DNA of 64,000 nt from an uncultured Chloroflexia bacterium (GCA_963713975.1 OY970218.1:2368001-2432000), one strand, 5' to 3'; positions 51,967 to 62,283 are shown, counted from the stretch's first letter. A program made the numbers and translations. Notes: generated by a model not told the origin, from the letters alone.

Positions 51967-52743
51967 CTATTGGTCCGCAGTCTCCTCGTCGAATGGCAGC
52001 CGGCGGAACAAGGCCAGCACCGGGGCCGTGCCGGCGGCGGGCTCGGGCCCAGCGTTCGGTGAGCCGGACGAGGTCACGGGTGCCGTACCTGCCGTCGCGG
52101 GTGCCGTACCGGGTGCCGCGGCCAGGATCGACCGCCACAGCGTGCTCCGGACACCGGGCAGGTACGGGCTGGTGCGCCGCCGTGCCAGCACCCCGGCGAT
52201 GCCCTGCGCGGACACGGCGGCATGAAGCGCCAGGCCCTCCCCGGTGATGGCAGGGACCATCACCACCTCGTCGCCGGGACGGAGGATCCTCCGCAGGACC
52301 ACCCGCCGCTTGTCCAGCGCCTGGTCGAGGAGCCACCGCCCGTCGAGGTGCAGCAGGTCGAACACCAGGAACGCGACCGGGCGTCCCGGGATCCCCGACA
52401 GCCGTTCGCGGAGGGCGGTGTCATCGGCGCGCCCCTGCGCATCGACCACCACCAGCTCCCCGTCCATCACGGCGGACCGCGCCGCGATCCGCACCGCCAG
52501 GCCGGCCAGCTCCGGGAGATGCGCGCAGAGATCGACACCCCGCGCGTCCACCACCCGCACGCTCCCGTCACCCTGCGATGCACCCGGCTCCACGAACGCC
52601 AGCACCCGGTGCCCGCCCCAGGTGGGCTCGAACAGCCAGTCAGACGAGTCGAATGGGTCCGCCAGGGGTGTCGGCCACATAGGCGCCACGGCGCCCGGGC
52701 GTGGGAGCGCCGGCTCGATCCGGAAGGAGAGCTGCTCGGCCAT
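51967..52743 (-). CDS. ATP-dependent DNA ligase (LigD/LigC-like) nucleotidyltransferase domain, catalytically degenerate
   Basis: WLFEPTWGGHR, VMDGELV, FLVFDLL, GIAGVLARR, SPYLPGVRS..W. Lacks the KxDG lysine and the OB domain. Confidence 0.8.
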   Translation of the reverse strand: MAEQLSFRIEPALPRPGAVAPMWPTPLADPFDSSDWLFEPTWGGHRVLAFVEPGASQGDGSVRVVDARGVDLCAHLPELAGLAVRIAARSAVMDGELVVVDAQGRADDTALRERLSGIPGRPVAFLVFDLLHLDGRWLLDQALDKRRVVLRRILRPGDEVVMVPAITGEGLALHAAVSAQGIAGVLARRRTSPYLPGVRSTLWRSILAAAPGTAPATAGTAPVTSSGSPNAGPEPAAGTAPVLALFRRLPFDEETADQ

Positions 52744-52838
52744 CGCGACCCGATGGTAGCCCGTCCTCCGGAGATAGACTGGCCGCAATCCCGCCGCCAG
52801 CCCCACCAAGGGCACGCTGCGCCATCCGGAGGATTCCG

Positions 52839-54972
52839 TTGCCTCGACCCGCGCATCCCGACGACCTCTACCGGCTTGCTGTTCCCTTCGACCCCCGGCT
52901 GTCGCCCGACGGTCGCTCCGTGGCCTTCACCGTCAAGCGCAGCAGCGTGGGCCGCGACGGCTACCGGCTCGCGGTGTGGCTTGCACCCACGGACGGCACC
53001 GCGGACGCCCGGCAGATCACCATCGGCGCCCGCAGCGACACTCACGCCCGGTTTGCGCCGGACGGCAGGACGCTCGCCTTCCTCTCGGACCGGCGGCTGG
53101 CCGTGGAGGAGGAGCCGGACCGGCCGACCGAGGCGAAGGACCGCGAAGACTGCGTCCAGGTCCACCTGCTGCCGCTCGACGGCGGCGAGGCGCGCCGCCT
53201 GACGGACCTGCCGCGGGGCGTCGAGGACCTCGCGTGGTCACCGGATGGCTCGACGCTCGCCGTGCTGACCAGCTCCCTCGGCGCCACGGCGGACGAGGAG
53301 CGCCGCCGGCGGGGTCGCCCCGCGAAGCCGCAGCCGGGCGAAGCCCCGCTCTCCGACTACCGCTACATCGACCGCCTGGGCTACCAGTACAACGGCGCAG
53401 GATTTCGTGGACGACCACAACACCCACCTGTGGCTGGTGGACGTGGCAACCGGGGCGGCCCGACCGCTGGTAAGTGGACCGTCCGCGGAGTTCGGCCCGG
53501 CATGGTCGCCGGACGGCAGCCGGATCGCCTTTGCCGCCAACAGGCGCCGGGACCCGGATCTCGCCTGGCGTTCCGGCCTGTACGTCGTGGACGTGGCATC
53601 CGGCGCCGTCACAGCGGTCGCCGGCGGGGGCGACGCCGTGTTCACCACGCCCACGTGGAGCCGTGACGGGTCCGCGATCCTGGCTTTGGGCGACCGCTAC
53701 CCGCGGGCTGGATATCGGACCGGGATCTGGCGCTTCGCCGCGGACGGCTCCGATGCGGGATCGGGCGGTGGCACGGACCTGCTGGCCTCGAGCGAGCTCA
53801 AGCCGGACGCCGCGATGAACAGCGACGTCACTCTGGGCGGGGACCCGCGCCTGGTCGCGGCGGCTGACGGCAGGCACGTCCTGTTCACGGCCCCGATCGA
53901 CGGTTCGATGGAGCTGTGGCGGGTCCCGATCACGGGCGGCGGCGACGTGGAGCGCCTCACGGACGATCGCCACTATCTTGCCGGCTGGGACGCCTCGCCC
54001 GCGGCCCGCGGCAAGGGCGACCAGGTTGTCGCCGTGCGATCGGCGGGCGCCCTGCTCCCCGAGGTGGTCGTCCTCGAGGTGCCGGCCAGGGGTCCGGCTT
54101 CGGCGCCGCGCCCGATCACCCACCTGCACGACTCCCTTGCCGCGGAGCTCTCCCTCGTGGAGCCCCTGGAGCGCCGGTGGGAGAGCGACGGCCGCGTGAT
54201 CCAGGGATGGCTGCTGCCGGGCGGCCCGGGCGCTCGACCGCTGGCCCTGGAGATCCACGGTGGACCCCACACCCTGTACGGGTGGTCGCCGATGCTCGAG
54301 TGGCAGATCCTGGCCGGTGCCGGCATCTCCGTCCTGGCTCCCAACCCCCGTGGCTCCGAGGGCTATGGCGAGGCCTTCAACCGCGCGAACCTCGGCGACT
54401 GGGGAGATGGGCCCATGGCCGACGTCGTCGCCGGCGTGGACCAGGCCATCGCCGACGGCCTGGCCGATCCGGACCGCCTGGGCGTCACCGGCGGCTCCTA
54501 CGGCGGCTACCTCACCAACTGGATCGTCGGCAAGAGCGACCGCTTCAAGGCCGCCGTCACCTGTCGCTCCGTCGTGGACATGCGGATGCTGTTCCTCACC
54601 GGGGACATCTCCGGCGGGGAGTGGGCGACAATCGAGTTCGGGAGGCGGCCCTGGGAGGATCCCGCCTACTTCGACTCGATCTCGCCGTTGTCGCTGGCCG
54701 CGAACGTGCACACACCGCTGCTGATCCAGCACAGCGAGCGCGACCTGCGGACCACCGTCGGCCAGGCCGAGGCGCTGTTCACCGTCCTGCGCTCGCTCCG
54801 CCGGCCGGTGCGGTTCATGCGCGTGCCGTCCGAGAGCCACGAGCTGACCCGCGGCGGGAGCCCGTTCCGACGCGCGGAGAACCTGGTCCAGATTCGTGAC
54901 TGGTTCGTCCACTTCCTGGTCAAGGGCGGACGGCGGTTGCCGCGGCCACCCCGCAATCGCGCCGGGCGCTAG
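52839..54972 (+). pseudogene. S9-family (acylaminoacyl) peptidase split by a single frameshift
   Basis: PD40-like propeller repeats, IHGGPH, GGSYGG, ERDLR, ESHEL. Extra T at about 53403-53405 (GGA TTT CGT G versus GGA TTC GTG). May be a sequencing error. Confidence 0.8.
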
Positions 54973-54980
54973 GCGGCGGG

Positions 54981-56078
54981 ATGCCAACGACCGAGGTCCG
55001 GGGCGGCCTGCCGTTCCTCGTGGTGGAAGGTTCGCACCGCGAGGTCGGCCGCCAGGTCGGGACCGCCACCGAGGAGGTGTGCCGGAAGGCCGTGGCCTTC
55101 GATGCCGCGCTCCCGGCGGGTCGTTCACGGGACGAGCAGCTGGCCCTCGCCGCTCGCTACCGGGACGCGACGGTCGCCGCCACGCCATGGCTTGTGGACG
55201 AGATCGACGGGGCGGCCGAGGGCGCCGGAGTGGACCCGCTCGCGCTGTTCGCCGCCTCGGTCGAGGAGATCTGGTCCGTCCGCCCGTCCCAGGCGACGGC
55301 CGGGGCGCCGGTTGACGGACGCTGCTCGGACCTGGTCGCGGTGCCGCCGGCCACGCCGGATGGCCACGTCTGGGTCGCCCACAACAACGACCTGTCCCCC
55401 GCGTCGGAGGCATCCGTCATCGCCATCGAATGGCACCTGCCGGATGAGCCGGTGGTGCTGTCGCTGGGGATCGGGCCCTGGATCAGCGTGGGCTGGAACG
55501 CCGCGGGGCTCTCGCTGACCGGCAACGAGCTGTCACCCAACGACGAGGTGGTGGGGATCCCGCGGCTGCTGATGGTGCGCGAGCAGCTCACGGCCCGGAC
55601 CCTGGACGAGGCCGTGGCGATGGCCTTCCGCCCGGACCGCGCCTCCTCCTACAACACGGTCTTCGCGCACCGCGACGGGCGGGTCGTGAACGTGGAGGGC
55701 TCGGCAACCGACGCCGAGGTCACGGGACCTGCACCGGCCGGGACGCTGGCCCACACCAACCACTACGCCTGCGACCGGATGCGGCCCTACGAGGGGGACC
55801 CGGCCTACGCCCGGCGGTCCGCGGTCCGGCTCGGGCGCGCGCTGGAGCTCCTGGACGGCCCCGCGGGCGATGGACCCGCTCCGGGATCGATCGGCCCGGA
55901 GCAGCTCGCGGCCTTCCTCGCCGACCACGCCACCAGTCCGTCGATCTGCCGCCACGACGACGGCACGGAGATCTTGGTGACGGTGTTCTGGTGCCTGGCC
56001 GACGTCACCACCGGCGACATCCGGTACGGACGCGGCCCCCGGTGCCGCGGCGAGGAGACCCGCTACCGGTTCGCCTGA
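54981..56078 (+). CDS. C45-family (Ntn, acyl-CoA:6-APA acyltransferase-like) peptidase
   Basis: GSHREVGRQVG, nucleophile Cys in RCSD, AHNND, GWNAAGL, AHTNHY, SICRH. Confidence 0.82.
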   Translation: MPTTEVRGGLPFLVVEGSHREVGRQVGTATEEVCRKAVAFDAALPAGRSRDEQLALAARYRDATVAATPWLVDEIDGAAEGAGVDPLALFAASVEEIWSVRPSQATAGAPVDGRCSDLVAVPPATPDGHVWVAHNNDLSPASEASVIAIEWHLPDEPVVLSLGIGPWISVGWNAAGLSLTGNELSPNDEVVGIPRLLMVREQLTARTLDEAVAMAFRPDRASSYNTVFAHRDGRVVNVEGSATDAEVTGPAPAGTLAHTNHYACDRMRPYEGDPAYARRSAVRLGRALELLDGPAGDGPAPGSIGPEQLAAFLADHATSPSICRHDDGTEILVTVFWCLADVTTGDIRYGRGPRCRGEETRYRFA

Positions 56079-56130
56079 GAACGGCTCGGGTCAGGCCGCA
56101 GGGCCGATCCGAGCCGGTGCCGCGCCCGGA

Positions 56131-57990
56131 TCAGTCCGCGACGGCCGCGACGTCGAGATGCCGGTCCAGTCCTTCGAGCCGCCTGGCCCCGGGGACCGTC
56201 GCGGCAAGGAAGTCCAGCACGATCGCCGTCTGGTGGATGCGCTCGTCGACGTCGAACGAGGCGTGGCCCGTCGCATATGTGTACACGCGTGGCTCCACGC
56301 CCCTTTCCCGCAGGCGCCCGACATAGTTCCACACCTGGCGGATGGGACAGCGGGAGTCGTTCTCGCCGGCCAGGATCAGCAGCGGCGCGTCAACGGCGTC
56401 CACGTAGGTGAGCGGGTTGCGCTCCACGTACAGGTCGGGAACCTCCGTCGGGGACCCGCCGAACAGCGCCCGGTCCAGGGCCTGGAGCATCGGCGCCTCA
56501 TCCTCGTAGGCCGCCATGTAATCGGCGACCGGCACGCCGGCGATGAGCGAGACCCAGCGATCGGGGTGACGGCCGGCTCCCAGCAGGGTGACGTAGCCGC
56601 CCCATGACCACCCGGCGAGCACCGCACGTGCCGGATCCGCGAGCCCGTGTCCAACGAGATCGTCAAGCCCGGCCAGCACGTCCTCGAGCTCGAGAAAGCC
56701 GATGTTGCCGGTCAGCGCGTCCCGCCAGGCCCGGCCGAAGCCCTCGGAGCCCCGGTAGTTGACCATCGCCACCAGGAAGCCGGCGTCGACGTGTGCCTGG
56801 ACGTCGGGTGCCCAGCGATCCATGTCCACGGAGTGCGGGCCGCCGTGGACCCGCATCATCACCGGGTGCGGCCCGTCACCCTCGGGGCGGACGAGGAAGC
56901 CGTGGACGCGCTGCCCGTGCGGGTTCTCGAACCACCAGGTCTCGAACGGCCGGCCAACGGGCGCGTCCGGGCCATCGGGCGCCAGCAGCGGCTCCGATGA
57001 GCCGGTGGCCAGCAGCCGGGCGGGGTGCTCTCCACGGTGCCCGCGATACCAGACCGTTCCGTCGGGACGGACGGCAGCCGCGGTGATCGATCCCTCCTCC
57101 GTCTTGAGGCGCGTCACCGTGCCATCGGCAAGGTCGTAGCGGTAGAGGAGGTGGCGGCCGGCCTCGAGCGCCAGGAGCAGCAGCGCGGAGCCGTCTGGCC
57201 ACCAGCCCACGGGCTCGATGCTGCCGGCGAGGTCCAGCACGAGGTCGGTCAGCTCGCCCGTCCGGGCGTCCCACAGGGCCGGCCGGCGCTCGCCGGTTCG
57301 CTCGTGCGTGATCGCCATCCGCATGTCGCCGACGAGGGGCGAGAACCCGAACCCGGCGAGCTCGCCGCCGGCGTCCTTGAGCTCGGCGATCGTGTCACCG
57401 GTGGACGCGTCGATCGAACGCAGGGACGGGTGCAGGACATCGCCGTCCTCCATCACCTCGAGCACCAGGACGGCGTCGTCCGCGGACAGCGCACCACGGT
57501 CGACGGCACCGGACAGGCCCCAGCCGCCGGCGAGCCGCACCGGCTGCGCATGCCGGTGCAGGAGGCGCACGTCGTCCCCATCGTCGGAGACCCAGATCGA
57601 GAACTCCTCCTCCGTGCTCACGCCGGCGACGACGCGTCGGCGCCCGATCGCGAGACCCTCGCTCCAGCCCTCGGGCAGGCCGGTGAGCAGCGGCTCCGGC
57701 CCGGCATCCTCGTCGAACGGCGCGATCACGTAGGTGCCGGTCTCCGCCCCGGTCTCGTCGCGGAACCAGACGACGCCGGTCCCGTCCCGGGTCGGGCGCC
57801 CCTCGAGGACACCGACGGCGTCGAACGTGACCTGGCGCCGTCTCCCGGAGCGGCGGTCCCAGGCGTGGAGCTGGTAGGAGCCGCTCTCGGTGGAGGCGAC
57901 GACGAGCCGGTCGGGGTCATCGGCGGCCCAGGCGGGGAAGGACAGGATCGGAGCGCGGAACCGCTGCTCCCACGTGGGGTGATCAGGCAT
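56131..57990 (-). CDS. S9-family peptidase
   Basis: VHGGPH, VNYRGSEGFG, GWSWGG, GENDSRCP, GH. Confidence 0.92.
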   Translation of the reverse strand: MPDHPTWEQRFRAPILSFPAWAADDPDRLVVASTESGSYQLHAWDRRSGRRRQVTFDAVGVLEGRPTRDGTGVVWFRDETGAETGTYVIAPFDEDAGPEPLLTGLPEGWSEGLAIGRRRVVAGVSTEEEFSIWVSDDGDDVRLLHRHAQPVRLAGGWGLSGAVDRGALSADDAVLVLEVMEDGDVLHPSLRSIDASTGDTIAELKDAGGELAGFGFSPLVGDMRMAITHERTGERRPALWDARTGELTDLVLDLAGSIEPVGWWPDGSALLLLALEAGRHLLYRYDLADGTVTRLKTEEGSITAAAVRPDGTVWYRGHRGEHPARLLATGSSEPLLAPDGPDAPVGRPFETWWFENPHGQRVHGFLVRPEGDGPHPVMMRVHGGPHSVDMDRWAPDVQAHVDAGFLVAMVNYRGSEGFGRAWRDALTGNIGFLELEDVLAGLDDLVGHGLADPARAVLAGWSWGGYVTLLGAGRHPDRWVSLIAGVPVADYMAAYEDEAPMLQALDRALFGGSPTEVPDLYVERNPLTYVDAVDAPLLILAGENDSRCPIRQVWNYVGRLRERGVEPRVYTYATGHASFDVDERIHQTAIVLDFLAATVPGARRLEGLDRHLDVAAVAD

Positions 57991-58130
57991 GCGTGGGAGG
58001 GTAGCGCGCGCGGCTCACCGCGCGCTGCCGGACCCGGCGCGCGGGACGCGTTGGGGGTCTAGCGCGACGTGGCGGTGGTCCAGTTTGACGTGGCGCCCGG
58101 TCGCGCGCCTCGTCAGCGGTCCGTGCCTGG

Positions 58131-58619
58131 TCAGCGCCCCACCACCAGACGGGCCCAGGTGAGCAGGTCCACGGCCGGCAGGGCGTCCAGGTCCTCGAGC
58201 GGGATCCAGGCCGCCGTGTCGGTCGAGCCATCGTGCTCGTCGCGGAGCTCCCCGCCCGTCACGGTACCGCGGTACAGGATCCCTACCGTCTGGACCCGGT
58301 GCCCGCTCACGGTCTCGGCAGGCTCCAGGACGGCGGAGCGGACCGCGACCAGCTCCCCGAGCCGGATCGACAGGCCGGTCTCCTCGAGCACCTCACGGAC
58401 CACGCCGTCGGCGGGGTCCTCGGCGAAGTCAAGCCCACCGCCGGGCGGGGTCCACATCCCGGCGCCCGGCCCTGTCGGGATGATCCGGGACAGCAGGACC
58501 CGGCCGTCCTGCTCGCACCACGCATAGGCACCCAGCCTGACCCGCTGGACGGCCCCATCGCCGCCGAGGAAGTGGCGCGGCAGCGCCGGGAGGGGCAGGC
58601 CCTCGGCGTCGCCGGTCAC
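58131..58619 (-). CDS. NUDIX hydrolase
   Basis: WTPPGGGLDFAEDPADGVVREVLEETG Nudix box. Confidence 0.9.
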   Translation of the reverse strand: MTGDAEGLPLPALPRHFLGGDGAVQRVRLGAYAWCEQDGRVLLSRIIPTGPGAGMWTPPGGGLDFAEDPADGVVREVLEETGLSIRLGELVAVRSAVLEPAETVSGHRVQTVGILYRGTVTGGELRDEHDGSTDTAAWIPLEDLDALPAVDLLTWARLVVGR

Positions 58620-58707
58620 GGGAGCGGATTGGCGGGCTGGTCCATCACCACCGAGGGTAGCGGACGACGGCCACCGCGGGTCACGGGCCGCTGCGATAAT
58701 CGCCGGC

Positions 58708-59676
58708 ATGACCACCGGACCCGGCCCCACCCCGAATGGTGCCGTGCCGCCCCTGATCGTCGTCGCCGGCGACGCCCTCGTGGATCTCATCGTCCGACCC
58801 GATGGCAGGATCGTCCCGGTTGGTGGTGGCGGGCCCTACAACTCGGTGCGGGCGATCGCGCGGCTGGGCGTGCCCACGGCCTGGGTCGGCGGCCTGTCGT
58901 CGGACCGGTTCGGACACATGCTGGAGGAGGGCCTGGTGGCCGACGGGGTGGAGCTGGACCTGGTGCAACGCACGGACCTGCCGACCACGCTGGCCCTGGC
59001 GGAGCTTGGCGATGACGGCAGTGCGGCCTACCGCTTCTACACGGAGCAGACGTCCGCGCCGGCCGTCCTTCCCGGACCGCTCGCGGGCGGCCTGCCGGCC
59101 TCGACCCGGGCGGTGCTGACGGGGACGCTGGGCCTGGTGCTGGAGCCGATGGCGACCACGCTCGAGGCATGGGTCGCGGGCCTCCCACCCGACGTCCTCG
59201 TGATGGTCGATCCCAACGCGCGCCCGACGCTGATCACGGATCCCGGGGCCTGGCGTGCGCGCGTGTCGCGGGTGATCGCCCGCGCCGACATCGTCAAGGC
59301 CAGCGCCGAGGACCTGGAGTTCCTGCGGCCGGGCGAGACGCTGGAGCAGGCGATCGCCTGGGTGAGGACGCACGGCCCGACCGTCGTGCTCGTGACCGAT
59401 GGTGGCCGACCCGTGACCGTCCGCGTTGGCGACACGATCGAGCACGTGACGGCGCCACGGGTCGACGTCGTGGACACGGTCGGGGCCGGGGACACCTTCG
59501 GGGGTGCGTTCCTGGCCTGCCTGGTCCACGAGGAGATCGGGCGCGAGGGCCTGGAGGACCCGGCACCCGTGCTTCGGGCCGCCAGGTTCGCGGTCCGCGC
59601 GTCGGCCGTCGTCTGCGAGCGGGCCGGGGCAAACCCGCCAACCCTCGCCGAGCTCGGTGGCTGGCCCTCGGCCTGA
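58708..59676 (+). CDS. PfkB-family carbohydrate kinase (fructokinase-like)
   Basis: GDALVD, GGGPYN, DPNAR, VKASAEDL, VVDTVGAGDTF. Confidence 0.92.
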   Translation: MTTGPGPTPNGAVPPLIVVAGDALVDLIVRPDGRIVPVGGGGPYNSVRAIARLGVPTAWVGGLSSDRFGHMLEEGLVADGVELDLVQRTDLPTTLALAELGDDGSAAYRFYTEQTSAPAVLPGPLAGGLPASTRAVLTGTLGLVLEPMATTLEAWVAGLPPDVLVMVDPNARPTLITDPGAWRARVSRVIARADIVKASAEDLEFLRPGETLEQAIAWVRTHGPTVVLVTDGGRPVTVRVGDTIEHVTAPRVDVVDTVGAGDTFGGAFLACLVHEEIGREGLEDPAPVLRAARFAVRASAVVCERAGANPPTLAELGGWPSA

Positions 59677-59757
59677 GTGCTCGGCCTGTGGCCGCCCGTG
59701 GCGATCGGAGGCACCATAGAGGTGACCCACATGCCCGAGCCCAACTCTGAGGACCCG

Positions 59758-60771
59758 ATGCCCGCCCTGACCCTTGGCTACAAGGCCTCCGCCGAGCAGT
59801 TCCCGCCGCTGCGCCTGCTCGATCTCGCCGTCGCGGCGGAGAACGCCGGCTTCGACTCCGTCTGGACCAGCGACCACTTCCAGCCCTGGCGCCACACCGA
59901 CGGCCACGCCCCCAACGCGCTGGCCTGGCTGGGTGCCGCCACGCAGGCCACGAAGCGCGTCGTGCTGGGCACGAGCGTCCTCACGCCGTCGTTCCGGTAC
60001 AACCCGGCGATCGTGGCCCAGGCGTTCGCGACCCTCGGCTGCCTGGCTCCCGGTCGCGTGATCCTGGGCGTGGGCACCGGCGAGTCGATGAACGAGGTCC
60101 CGGTGGGCGTGGACTGGCCCGAGCAGAGCGAGCGGTTCGCCCGCCTGCGCGAGTCTGTAACCCTTATCCAGGCCCTGACGGCGCCGGGCGCCGAGTTCGT
60201 GGACTTCGACGGCCAGTTCTACCGGACCCACGAGGCGACGATCTACGACAAACCGGAGACGCCCGTGCCCGTGTACATCGCGGCCTCGGGACCGGCCGCG
60301 GCCCGCCTGGCCGGACGGATCGGCGACGGCTTCATCTGTACCTCGGGCAAGGGCGCGGAGCTGTACACCGACACCCTGCTGCCGGCGCTCGCCGAGGGAG
60401 CGGAGAAGGCGGGCCGCGACGCGTCCTCGCTCGACCGGATGATCGAGATGAAGGTGTCGTTCGATCTCGACCTCGCCAGGGCGATGGAGGACACCAAGAT
60501 CTGGGCAGCCCTCGCGCTGTCGGGCGAGCAGAAGATGGGCATCCACGATCCCAGGGACCTGGAGATCGCGGCGAAGGAGGCCGAGCCGTACGCTCACCGG
60601 CGCTGGCTGGTCTCCTCCGACCCGGAGGAGCACGTCGAGCAGATCGCGCCGTACCTCGAGTATGGCTTCACCCACCTCGTGTTCCACTTCCCGGGTCCGG
60701 ACCAGGAGGCGGCGATCGCCCGCTACGGCGAGGTCATCCTGCCGCGGCTGCGCGCCCGGTTCGGCCGATGA
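59758..60771 (+). CDS. fgd: F420-dependent glucose/sugar-6-phosphate dehydrogenase
   Basis: LGYKASAEQF, SDHFQPWRHT, LGTSVLTP, GTGESMNE, GFICTSGKG, HLVFH. Confidence 0.93.
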   Translation: MPALTLGYKASAEQFPPLRLLDLAVAAENAGFDSVWTSDHFQPWRHTDGHAPNALAWLGAATQATKRVVLGTSVLTPSFRYNPAIVAQAFATLGCLAPGRVILGVGTGESMNEVPVGVDWPEQSERFARLRESVTLIQALTAPGAEFVDFDGQFYRTHEATIYDKPETPVPVYIAASGPAAARLAGRIGDGFICTSGKGAELYTDTLLPALAEGAEKAGRDASSLDRMIEMKVSFDLDLARAMEDTKIWAALALSGEQKMGIHDPRDLEIAAKEAEPYAHRRWLVSSDPEEHVEQIAPYLEYGFTHLVFHFPGPDQEAAIARYGEVILPRLRARFGR

Positions 60772-61253
60772 CGGGCGCCGGCCGGTTTCCCACCCCCGCG
60801 GAGCTCCTCGAGCAGGAGGAGCGGCTGGTGCTCCCGTCGCTGTCCGAGGCGGACGCGATCGCCATCGGGCAGTGGCTGCTGGACCGCGCGAACGAGCGCG
60901 GGCTCACGGTGGCCATCGAGATCTGGCGCGGCGCACGACTCGTGTTCCGCGCGGCACGGCCGGGGACCAACGCCCACAACGACCTCTATCTCGCGGGCAA
61001 GCGGCGGGTCGTGGAGCACTTCGGTCACTCGAGCTTCCACGAGCGTCTCAGGCATCAGGCGGCCGGCACGACCTTCGCGGAGGCGACGTCGTTCCAGTTT
61101 CCCGAGTACGCGCCCCACGGCGGCGGGTTCCCGCTGATCGTCGCCGGCACGGGGCCTGTCGGCGTCGCGCTCGTCTCGGGCCTGCCCCAGGAGCAGGATC
61201 ACGCCCTCATCGTGGAGGCGCTCGAGGCGTTCCTCGCGGCCCGGCCCGGCTGA
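60768..61253 (+). CDS. UPF0303 / GlcG-like heme-binding domain protein
   Basis: LLEQEERL, KRRVVEHFGHSS, YAPHGGGFP, VSGLPQEQDH. ATGA overlap with fgd. Confidence 0.88.
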   Translation: MTGAGRFPTPAELLEQEERLVLPSLSEADAIAIGQWLLDRANERGLTVAIEIWRGARLVFRAARPGTNAHNDLYLAGKRRVVEHFGHSSFHERLRHQAAGTTFAEATSFQFPEYAPHGGGFPLIVAGTGPVGVALVSGLPQEQDHALIVEALEAFLAARPG

Positions 61254-61263
61254 GCCCGCGAGC

Positions 61264-62283
61264 CTATCGGGCCTGGGCGGCCTCGGCGGCGATCTCGGCA
61301 TCCGCATCCGGGACGGGACCAATCGCCGGGTCTGGCATGGGGTCCATCGCCGGTTCCAGTTCGATGACCGATCGTCCGCGGCGGTCACGGACCTGGCGCA
61401 TCGCCGCGCCGCTGTTCACCAGCGCGATGCCGGCGATCACCAGCGCGGTCCCCGCGAGACGGTTGATCGTGATCGGCTCGTCCAGCACGACGGCGCCCAG
61501 CAGGATGCCGACCACGGGGAGCAGGTACGCGACCATGGAGGTGCGGGTTGCGCCCCAGTGCTGCAGCAGCGTGAAGTAGCACAGGTAGGCGAAGCCGGAA
61601 CCCAGGATGCCCAGCCAGATCACGGCAACGATCGCCGAGGGCGTGGGTGAGACGGTCGTGAACGGTCGGTCCACCAGGATCGCCAGCGGCACCACGATAA
61701 GCGCCGCGAACAGGACCTGGAACAGCGCCGGGATCATGGGTCGGAGCCCGTGGACGTTGCGTCGCGAGTAGACGTTGCCGATCCCATAGCAGATCGACGA
61801 GCCCAGCATCATCAGCTCGCCGGAGAGGTCCGAGTCGCTGAGATTCACGAGGTCCGGGGCAACGAGCATGATGACGCCCGCGAAGCCCACCGCCAGGCCC
61901 GCGATCCGGGGCAGCGTGATCTTCTCGTCGGGGAGGAACATCGGCGCCAGCACGATCACGGTGAGGGGCACCGTCGCGTTGAGGATGGACGCGAGCGCGG
62001 AATCGATCGACTGCTCGCCGACGGTGATCAGGGTGAACGGCAGCACGATGTTGACGACCGCCATCACGAACAGGTGGCCGTACATCCGCGGGCTGCGCGG
62101 CAGCTCCTGGCGCGCCAGCGCGACGACCACCGCGAGGAACAGGCCACCGAGCACCAGGCGCCCGGCGATCAGCGTCAGCGGCGGCAGGCTCTCCAGCCCG
62201 ATCTTGATCCACAGGTACGAGGAGCCCCAGAAGAACCCCAGGGCGATGAAGACCGCCCAGTACCAGGAGTCGCTGCGCTGCAT
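61264..62283 (-). CDS. EamA/DMT family transporter
   Basis: FWGSSYLWIK, ASILNATVP, GATRTSMVAYLLPV; about 10 TM helices. Confidence 0.92.
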   Translation of the reverse strand: MQRSDSWYWAVFIALGFFWGSSYLWIKIGLESLPPLTLIAGRLVLGGLFLAVVVALARQELPRSPRMYGHLFVMAVVNIVLPFTLITVGEQSIDSALASILNATVPLTVIVLAPMFLPDEKITLPRIAGLAVGFAGVIMLVAPDLVNLSDSDLSGELMMLGSSICYGIGNVYSRRNVHGLRPMIPALFQVLFAALIVVPLAILVDRPFTTVSPTPSAIVAVIWLGILGSGFAYLCYFTLLQHWGATRTSMVAYLLPVVGILLGAVVLDEPITINRLAGTALVIAGIALVNSGAAMRQVRDRRGRSVIELEPAMDPMPDPAIGPVPDADAEIAAEAAQAR

